Shown here in pieces: positions 57,422 through 64,000 of a DNA stretch of 64,000 bases (position 1 is the first letter of the stretch; every line of letters begins with the position of its first letter). The stretch covers positions 64,001-128,000 of IMG/VR virus record IMGVR_UViG_3300032229_000533; one strand, 5' to 3'. The DNA is from a virus. The notes under the pieces are model-generated. The model was given only the letters and a program-made list of their open reading frames with translations. It did not search any database and was not told where the DNA came from. The position numbers and the translations under genes were made by a program.

Positions 57422-58708
57422 TTATTTAGGTAGTGTTATACCTAAACCACTTAAAAAGTCATCTAAACCATCATCGTCATCCTCATCTGAATCAATATTT
57501 TCTTCTTCTTTGTAGTTTTCAAATTCTTCTTTCATTTGAATCGCTTCTTTCATGATTTCTTTAAATCTTGAGGTGGCTTTTTTAACTTTTGAAGAATCTT
57601 CAGAGATGGCATTTCCAATAATTTCTAAAAACTCTTGTGCTGGTATTTGATATAACAATATATGGAACCAGTTTATTAGTCCTTTATTATCTTGGTCATA
57701 CATTTCATCGGGTAATGCAAATCTAATTTTTTCAACAATTTCAGGACCAATTCTTAATTGCATTGGTTCATTAGATAAAATGTCTGTTTGACCTTGTACT
57801 TTTTGACGAAGACTTGGTTCTTTTGGTAATCCGTGTCTACCTTTAGCTTCTTCTAATCCTTTAATAATTTCATGACAAAGAATCGGGAAAATCATACCTG
57901 TAGCCATGATTTTTGTGTCAGGTTGTGATTCACCTTCTTCTCCACCTTCATCTTCATCGGCATCACCTAATTCTACTTTACCTGCAACACCTTGACCTGT
58001 TTGACTCATCATTTCAATCATTTGTTCCATACTAAAATACAAGAAATCATTGATTGCCATAATACCCAAATAATCTCTATAAAGAGACGGGTCAATAGCA
58101 TCTAATCTTGCTTTAACTTCAGGTTTTTGAAAAAGATAATGTCCTTTTTTTGCAGCACCTTGGATAATTGCGTTAATAATATTTCTTTTGTGTTTTTCTA
58201 ACTCTAAAATTTCTTCGTCGGTTAAATCTTCAATATCAAAAGATGGGAATTCCAAAGATTCTTCCTTTTCTTCTTCATCCTCTTTATCATCTTCAGGTTC
58301 AAATCTAAAATTACCAGTATCTGGCATACCTAAAGTAGCTTCAATTTGATACCAATCTGCAGGAACTTCGGCCTCATCTAAAGACGCTTCTTTTGCTAAA
58401 TCAATAAGTTCATCCCTATTAGCTGCTTCTATTCTCATAATATTAGGAAGCTTTCTCATCATTTCTTGGTAAATCATACCTTGAACTTGTTTAGAACTAA
58501 GGTCTTCTATTCCAGTTACTTGTCTTAATTTATTAGCAACTTTTTGAAATCTACTACTAACTAATCTTTGAACATCTTGGGTTCCTCTTTGTAGTGCAGG
58601 ATTACTTGCGTAAATATTTTCAGGACTTCCCAATTTTCTTTCCAAATTTGGGTCCATTCTTTCAGGTCTATTACCGTAATCTATTTGTTCGTTAAATTTC
58701 TTTGCCAT
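57422..58708 (-). CDS. hypothetical protein
   Basis: 428 aa, acidic patches, upstream of terL. Confidence 0.6.
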   Translation of the reverse strand: MAKKFNEQIDYGNRPERMDPNLERKLGSPENIYASNPALQRGTQDVQRLVSSRFQKVANKLRQVTGIEDLSSKQVQGMIYQEMMRKLPNIMRIEAANRDELIDLAKEASLDEAEVPADWYQIEATLGMPDTGNFRFEPEDDKEDEEEKEESLEFPSFDIEDLTDEEILELEKHKRNIINAIIQGAAKKGHYLFQKPEVKARLDAIDPSLYRDYLGIMAINDFLYFSMEQMIEMMSQTGQGVAGKVELGDADEDEGGEEGESQPDTKIMATGMIFPILCHEIIKGLEEAKGRHGLPKEPSLRQKVQGQTDILSNEPMQLRIGPEIVEKIRFALPDEMYDQDNKGLINWFHILLYQIPAQEFLEIIGNAISEDSSKVKKATSRFKEIMKEAIQMKEEFENYKEEENIDSDEDDDDGLDDFLSGLGITLPK

Positions 58709-58711
58709 AAA

Positions 58712-59575
58712 TTATTTCTTTAATAAGTTCATTATCACATCAATCACTTTGTCTTTAGCCTGTTCAGGTGAAACTTTTGTCGCTTTTGGTGCGGGATTTT
58801 CACCAGGGTTTGGGTTTTTACCAGGATGAGCAGGTCTACTTGGTTTTGTAGTTGGTTTTGTTGTTGGTTTTGTTGTAGGTGCGGGTGCAGTTTGTTGTTC
58901 TTTTGTTTCACTTTTTTTTGCCTTTGGAGCAGGATTCTCTCCAGGGTTTGGGTTTTTACCAGGATGTGCAGGTCTTGTTGTAGGTCTTGTTGTAGGTTTT
59001 GTTTTTGGTTTTGTTGGTGCAACCGCTGGTTCTGATTCTGAAAGAACCTTCATTAAATCGCCTTTTGTAATTCTTGGGGGTATATGTTTTTCCACTATTC
59101 TTTCTATTTGAGTTTCCAAGAACAAAGATACAGGATTTTTCCCTTCTTTCAATTGTTTTTTTACTTCTCTTACACATCTCTCCCACTTTCTTGATTTTTT
59201 AGGTCCGACTTGTGAATGACAAATAGCCCAAGGATTTGGACCATCTTTTTCTTCCATCATTCCCATACCATCTGTTTCATCACCAAATCCATCATCAGAT
59301 GAAGGGCCTACTTGATGAGGGTCTTGAGTTTCAGTATCTTTATTTGGGTCTAAAGTTACTTCTTCTTCTTCATCAAGTTCTTTTTCATAAACTTGAAATG
59401 GTTTTTTTTCACTTTTTAACTTATTAATTGTTGCGGAATCTGTTTTTGACACCATTGTTTGTTCAACAAATAATTTTTTATGTAAAGTATCAATTTGTGA
59501 CTCAGTTAATCTACTAACTGTTTTAGACGATAAACCTTTATCAATCAATTCAAGGGCTTTTTTATTAACTTTCAT
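58712..59575 (-). CDS. hypothetical protein with duplicated Pro/Thr/Lys-rich repeat
   Basis: Two copies of PTT(R/K)PTT..RPAHPGKNPNPGENPAPKA. Confidence 0.6.
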   Translation of the reverse strand: MKVNKKALELIDKGLSSKTVSRLTESQIDTLHKKLFVEQTMVSKTDSATINKLKSEKKPFQVYEKELDEEEEVTLDPNKDTETQDPHQVGPSSDDGFGDETDGMGMMEEKDGPNPWAICHSQVGPKKSRKWERCVREVKKQLKEGKNPVSLFLETQIERIVEKHIPPRITKGDLMKVLSESEPAVAPTKPKTKPTTRPTTRPAHPGKNPNPGENPAPKAKKSETKEQQTAPAPTTKPTTKPTTKPSRPAHPGKNPNPGENPAPKATKVSPEQAKDKVIDVIMNLLKK

Positions 59576-59960
59576 ATACTAATTTTTTTTCAAATTCTAA
59601 AATTAAGTCTCTTTCATAGAGTTTATCTTTAATTTCCTGTTCAGAACTACCAAATCTAAAAACCATTCTTTTTTGTCCTTCAGATTCTTCTTGTTCCCAG
59701 GCTAACGCAACAACGTCATCCATTGCGTCTATCATACAAAAAAAATCGGAGTTCTGAATCAATTCCAATTTTAAATCAGTATTTCTCAGAACTCCTACTT
59801 TCTTAATATATTGTAATTCAGGTGGAGTTGGATAACCGTTGGAAGGTTTACTTTCCCAAGATTCTCCCCAAACGTCCAAACTATCTGAAAATATAAATTC
59901 GTATAAATTATCTCCCTTATAGTTAGGACCTAGTCCGTTAACATAAGTTAAATAGCTCAT
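59565..59960 (-). CDS. hypothetical protein
   Basis: 131 aa, overlaps both neighbours. Confidence 0.6.
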   Translation of the reverse strand: MSYLTYVNGLGPNYKGDNLYEFIFSDSLDVWGESWESKPSNGYPTPPELQYIKKVGVLRNTDLKLELIQNSDFFCMIDAMDDVVALAWEQEESEGQKRMVFRFGSSEQEIKDKLYERDLILEFEKKLVYES

Positions 59961-61201
59961 ATCAAATCTCCGTTTGGTGTAATTCTTACTTGACCTGTTT
60001 TAGTTTCAAAAACTAAATTCTTTTTGTTTGTGATTCCAACAAATTTAGAATTTAAATTTTCTTTTACAAATTTCTTAGCTGCTAATTCTTGTTCAATAGT
60101 TTCAGTCATTTTAACAACTGATTCCATAATCTGATTAACTATTGATTTTTTCTTCGCAGTTTCTTGGATTTGTTTTTCTTTACCTTCTCTAATTTCTTTT
60201 TTAGAAACCTCAAAATATTTTGAAATTACTTTGTCTACTTTTGATTCACTAAAAATACTATCAAAGATTGCTCCATTACCATAATCTTCTTCTTCCATTT
60301 CATACCCCTCAACAGGAATATCCATATCAGCTTGAATATCTTCAACTTCAGTATCGTCAGTCATATCTTCACCGTCCATATCATCTTCTTGACCAAAATC
60401 TTCAGTTTCATCTTCTTCAAATTTAGACATGATGTCTTCCTTATCTTCCTCTGATAATGATTTTAAATCTAATGAAGATAATACCATATTAATTACATAC
60501 TTAATATCTTCAGAAGTCATTCCTTCTTGAGAATCAAGGGTTCTAATTTTTTGAGTTAATTTACCTGTAAGTTTTTGAATTGTTTTAAACGTAACTTGTC
60601 CTTCATTTTCTTCTCCACCTTCTTCAGCGTTAACGTCAACATCAATGTCAACATCATCTACTTCAGGTGCGTCATCTACTTCAGGTGCATCATCTACTTC
60701 AGGTGCATCTTCCATTCCCATGTCTTCACCTCCACCCATTGGTGATGGTGGTAATTCAGGTGATGGTACTGCTGGTGGTGCCGCTGGTGGTGCAATAGGT
60801 GCCTCAGCTGCAGGTTCAGGTTTTGGGGTTTTTAATGTGAATTTTTTTTGTTCACCATACAATGAAACACCTTCTTCGTTTTCATTAATTCTGTTTAATT
60901 CTCCCGCAACAAGATTTAATCTTTTAAACGCTTGCGAATATGAAGAATAGTATTTTCTATTTTTCATAGGTTCAATATATTCAGTTTCAGATTCAGAAAT
61001 AGTTTTCTTAATAATATATCCTTGTCTTTCTCTTACAATTTCATACTTGTTTCCGTCGGCAAGAGACACTGAATATTCAGATTTTGCAGTTTCATTAATT
61101 GATTTTGGCATCACTTCTTTGAAACGAGCGATTTCCATAATTCTACTTATTTTGTCTTGGCCTGTTAGTTTTTCACTACCAATTGGTTTTAAGTCTGCCA
61201 T
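59957..61201 (-). CDS. acidic hypothetical protein (possible core/internal head protein)
   Basis: 414 aa; DAPEVD x3 repeat, Pro-rich linker, INE/FSE sites. Confidence 0.55.
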   Translation of the reverse strand: MADLKPIGSEKLTGQDKISRIMEIARFKEVMPKSINETAKSEYSVSLADGNKYEIVRERQGYIIKKTISESETEYIEPMKNRKYYSSYSQAFKRLNLVAGELNRINENEEGVSLYGEQKKFTLKTPKPEPAAEAPIAPPAAPPAVPSPELPPSPMGGGEDMGMEDAPEVDDAPEVDDAPEVDDVDIDVDVNAEEGGEENEGQVTFKTIQKLTGKLTQKIRTLDSQEGMTSEDIKYVINMVLSSLDLKSLSEEDKEDIMSKFEEDETEDFGQEDDMDGEDMTDDTEVEDIQADMDIPVEGYEMEEEDYGNGAIFDSIFSESKVDKVISKYFEVSKKEIREGKEKQIQETAKKKSIVNQIMESVVKMTETIEQELAAKKFVKENLNSKFVGITNKKNLVFETKTGQVRITPNGDLI

Positions 61202-61220
61202 ATTTTCTTATTTTATATTT

Positions 61221-61415
61221 TTAATTATTTAATCCGTTAAACCCACCTAAGGTTATCGCGTTTAGTTGTATGATTGGTTCATTGTCTGCGTTAGAAAATA
61301 CGGGGTGAGGAGCAACCCCATTAGCAGGACCTCCCTCTGTTATTGAACCACCACTAAAATTACCTAAAATTCCAACGGTATACTCGTATTGTGTATTTGC
61401 AGAATATGTTGCCAT
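61221..61415 (-). CDS. small Gly-rich hypothetical protein
   Basis: 64 aa with its own TATTTATT motif (61432-61439). Confidence 0.55.
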   Translation of the reverse strand: MATYSANTQYEYTVGILGNFSGGSITEGGPANGVAPHPVFSNADNEPIIQLNAITLGGFNGLNN

Positions 61416-61462
61416 GTGTTTTAATTTTCTTAATAAATATACGACCGATACAAATAATTTAA

Positions 61463-62188
61463 CTATTCTTGAATTGTTCTTTCAATAGACAACTCTTTAT
61501 CCGTCTCTTTATTTACGGTATCAAATAATTTTTCTATGTGACCCGACCTTCTTAAAAATTTAAAAACCAAATTTTCATAAGATAATTCACCATCTTTTTC
61601 TAATCCAGACTTTCTATAATCTTTAAGTTTAGTCTTAATTGTTTCTAAATTTTTATCCTCGTCAATCGCGGTATCAATCTTTTCTGTCCAAGATTTTATC
61701 TTTTTTTCAAGAACTGATTTGTCAATTTCGTTTTTGAATTTTTTTGGTTTGCTAACCCATTCATCATTCATAACAGAATATACCCCTGAACTATAATGTG
61801 GTTCTTCTGCATCTTGTGCATATAACTCAACATCGTAACCAAAAATTTTGATATTATGTTTGTCGTTAAAAACTTGTTTTTTTAAATTGAATAATTCTTT
61901 ATATAAGTCACTTTGTTTTTCATATTGTTTTAAATCAACAATTACATGTAAATCAAAGTCTGAAAATTCTGACCAATTAAAATTTGCTAATGAACCTGTA
62001 AGATGAATATCGTCAACAAAAACATCATCACCTAAATAATCAATAAACTCTTCTGAAATACGCATAAGAGCTTTTCTAACCTTTGGTATCATTACCGATT
62101 TGTTAGGTTCTTTCGGATTTTCCCAAATTTTTGGGTTTAGTGTATCCTTAATTGAAAAGCTATCAAGAATTTTTTGGAAATTATTCAT
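61463..62188 (-). CDS. nucleotidyltransferase (Pol-beta superfamily)
   Basis: LTGSLANFNWSEFSDFDLHV (hG[GS]...DxD) and a third acidic strand YDVELY; TATTTATA 4 nt upstream. Confidence 0.75.
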   Translation of the reverse strand: MNNFQKILDSFSIKDTLNPKIWENPKEPNKSVMIPKVRKALMRISEEFIDYLGDDVFVDDIHLTGSLANFNWSEFSDFDLHVIVDLKQYEKQSDLYKELFNLKKQVFNDKHNIKIFGYDVELYAQDAEEPHYSSGVYSVMNDEWVSKPKKFKNEIDKSVLEKKIKSWTEKIDTAIDEDKNLETIKTKLKDYRKSGLEKDGELSYENLVFKFLRRSGHIEKLFDTVNKETDKELSIERTIQE

Positions 62189-62209
62189 CCTATATAAATA
62201 GTAAGAATA

Positions 62210-62452
62210 TTAAAGTTTTTTATATGGGTATTTTTTTGCGATATCTGTGGTAAAGAATTTACCTTGAGATTCGGCTAATCTAAGTTTTGTGTAAACTTGG
62301 TGTGGGACACCATCGTATTTGTATTTTGCTCCGTTATTAAATTCAACAACTAAATCTTTTGTTTCAGTGTCATATTCAGTTGATTTAATGTTTGACGATT
62401 TGATTTCGTTTTTAATCTTCGTCCCAATTATCTCCTCTTTTATTATAGCCAT
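62210..62452 (-). CDS. KTSC domain protein
   Basis: SSNIKSTEYD..TKDLVVEFNNG..Y.Y..VP..VY..L..AES.GKFF...I...YPYKK. Confidence 0.9.
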   Translation of the reverse strand: MAIIKEEIIGTKIKNEIKSSNIKSTEYDTETKDLVVEFNNGAKYKYDGVPHQVYTKLRLAESQGKFFTTDIAKKYPYKKL

Positions 62453-62744
62453 TTTTACTTAGTGGGGTTAAATCGTTTATTTTTTCCATTAATGGTTTCA
62501 TGTAGTTCACTAACTCAGTAAATGTAATATCAAAACCATAATCTTTAACTTGATTAAATAAAGCCTTTTGAGTATCCCCAAATTTGTGAAATAGTTCCAT
62601 CATCATTGGTGAATATGTTGGTGGTTTTTCCAAATCATTTTCACTAAATCCCAATCTTTGGAATTCCTGTCTTAATTCAAGATAAGTCTCAAGTAATTCT
62701 TTGGTCCCTAACGTATCATTTAAAAATTTTTCAAATGGCTTCAT
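62412..62744 (-). CDS. hypothetical protein
   Basis: 110 aa; TATTTATA at 62748-62755, 3 nt upstream. Confidence 0.55.
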   Translation of the reverse strand: MKPFEKFLNDTLGTKELLETYLELRQEFQRLGFSENDLEKPPTYSPMMMELFHKFGDTQKALFNQVKDYGFDITFTELVNYMKPLMEKINDLTPLSKNGYNKRGDNWDED

Positions 62745-62757
62745 GTATATAAATACG

Positions 62758-62782
62758 AAACCCCCACTAAATGTGAGGGTTT
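62758..62782 (-). terminator. possible terminator hairpin
   Basis: AAACCC(T/C)CAC...GTG(A/G)GGGTTT, similar to the 9604 and 11162 hairpins; short U-tract. Confidence 0.5.
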
Positions 62783-62785
62783 AAT

Positions 62786-63220
62786 TTAAGACTTCAATTT
62801 TTTCAACTCATCTCTAATCTCAATTGATTTTTCAAAATTTTGTTCTTCAATTGATTTTTTTAATTCTAATTCAAGTTTTTTAATTGAATCTTGATTTGTT
62901 TCATAGTTTTTAATTTCATCTCTGAGTTTTACCGCTTCTTCAAAGTTTTCATCTTCAATAGCAATTTGAAGTTTTTTCTTTAAAGCATTTAAACCAGAAC
63001 TTTTATTGGTGCCATTAGAACTATTGGTTCTAACAAAGTTGGTTATGTAAATGCTACCGTCTGGTGATGAATAGGTCTCTTTTGTCCAATCACCTAATTC
63101 GTCATTTCCTTTTTCACTTTTACTATCATTTGGCATCCCACCAAACATAGAATCGAATTGACTAAAAATTGCGTCAAAGTCTCCAAAGATGTCGTTAATG
63201 TTTTTTCTTCTTCTAAACAT
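62786..63220 (-). CDS. protein with two UvrB/C (UVR) motifs
   Basis: LKKKLQIAIEDENFEEAVKLRDEIK and LELELKKSIEEQNFEKSIEIRDELKK. Confidence 0.85.
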   Translation of the reverse strand: MFRRRKNINDIFGDFDAIFSQFDSMFGGMPNDSKSEKGNDELGDWTKETYSSPDGSIYITNFVRTNSSNGTNKSSGLNALKKKLQIAIEDENFEEAVKLRDEIKNYETNQDSIKKLELELKKSIEEQNFEKSIEIRDELKKLKS

Positions 63221-63320
63221 GTTTCTTTTGTTTTTTTAATTTTATTTTATATCTTTGTAATATCAAATTTTATTCCGATGATAAATATACGTCATTTTTT
63301 CAGATAAGACAAATATTATC

Positions 63321-63363
63321 TGACATTATGACATACTAAAAAAATATTTATGACAATTTGTCA
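63321..63363. promoter_or_regulatory. TGACA repeat/palindrome operator candidate
   Basis: TGACA-N3-TGACA (63321-63333) and TGACA-N3-TGTCA (63351-63363) in the divergent intergenic region. Confidence 0.45.
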
Positions 63364-63420
63364 AATTATTTGGAGATGAACAAAATTTGTACTTACTTTG
63401 TAAACCAAAATATATAAAAT

Positions 63421-64000
63421 ATGAACGACTTAATGGACGATGACGACAAAATGATGAGTAAAAAATCAAAATCATCAACAGATACAAACACACCTGTATT
63501 AGACAACTTCAGTAGAGACTTAAATAGCTTAGCTGAGGAAGGTAAACTTGACCCTGTTATTGGTCGTGACCGAGAGATTTTGAGAATCGCTCAGATTTTA
63601 TCTCGTAGAAAGAAAAACAACCCAATTATCCTTGGTGAACCTGGTTGTGGTAAAACCGCTCTTGTTGAAGGTTTGGCGATTAAAATTGTAAACGGGGAAT
63701 GTCCTCGTAACTTGGTCGACAAACGTATTGTTAACCTTGACCTGACTTCAGTTGTTGCTGGTACAAAGTACCGTGGACAATTTGAAGAACGTATGAAAGT
63801 TATCATTGAAGAACTTCAGGCAAACCCTAACATCATCGTATTCATTGATGAGATTCACACATTGGTTGGTTCAGGGAATTCTTCAGGTTCAATGGATGGT
63901 TCAAACATATTCAAACCAGCACTTTCTCGTGGTGAACTTCAATGTATTGGAGCAACTACATTGGATGAATTCCGTAAGAACATTGAGAAAGATGGGGCAT
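63421..64000 (+). CDS. ClpB/ClpC-family AAA+ ATPase, 5' part, lacking the Clp N-domain
   Basis: Manual translation from 63421: [11 protein letters not shown]...[12 protein letters not shown]...[18 protein letters not shown] (Walker A)...[11 protein letters not shown]...FIDEIH (Walker B)...GATT. Confidence 0.95.
   Translation, partial: MNDLMDDDDKMMSKKSKSSTDTNTPVLDNFSRDLNSLAEEGKLDPVIGRDREILRIAQILSRRKKNNPIILGEPGCGKTALVEGLAIKIVNGECPRNLVDKRIVNLDLTSVVAGTKYRGQFEERMKVIIEELQANPNIIVFIDEIHTLVGSGNSSGSMDGSNIFKPALSRGELQCIGATTLDEFRKNIEKDGA

Noticed and set aside
51133-63420. tRNA or other known RNA genes in intergenic gaps
   Set aside because: No cloverleaf or T-loop (GTTCRA in a stem) patterns found; the gaps are explained by terminators and promoter motifs.
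3920-63806. Remaining short antisense ORFs in the ORF track (e.g. 3920..4165, 42724..43110, 48012..48194, 60645..60950, 63591..63806)
   Set aside because: They lie opposite or within well-supported genes and have no recognisable motifs.
1-64000. Stop-codon reassignment (alternative genetic code)
   Set aside because: Core genes (terL, portal, capsid, protease) are full length and tightly packed under the standard code.

Overview
This AT-rich 64 kb window comes from a large T4-like tailed phage (jumbo-phage gene style), most likely infecting Bacteroidota. Host evidence: a perfect TTTG-N19-TAnnTTTG promoter, no Shine-Dalgarno motifs, a DUF4494-like gene and a phage bS21. The right third is the head and packaging module: terminase large subunit, portal, prohead protease, scaffold and major capsid protein, with rpsU inserted antisense. 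A gp55-like late sigma factor and a gp5-like baseplate hub/spike lie to its left. To its right are a Pol-beta-type nucleotidyltransferase, a KTSC protein, a UVR-domain protein and a truncated Clp ATPase. The left 60% holds two large cytoplasmic glycan-biosynthesis blocks with about 13 glycosyltransferase genes (including a GT60 polypeptide-GlcNAc-transferase homologue, GT11 and GT25), 3 methyltransferases, UDP-sugar dehydrogenase, GDP-mannose 3,5-epimerase and NadE. These blocks flank a cassette of Thr/Pro-repeat (mucin-like) LRR/LamG proteins and a beta-helix protein. The leading hypothesis is a self-contained phage system that O-glycosylates mucin-like virion proteins (a phage 'glycocalyx'). 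Other notable signals: a TATTTAT(A/C/T) motif ahead of about 17 mostly late genes (the reverse complement of the T4 late promoter), an [ST]-G-x-T motif enriched in structural proteins, L/I-x-E protease-type sites in many head-region hypotheticals, and a GC-rich structured leader downstream of the capsid gene. All family calls come from motif recognition by eye; no database searches were run. Motif counts are manual.
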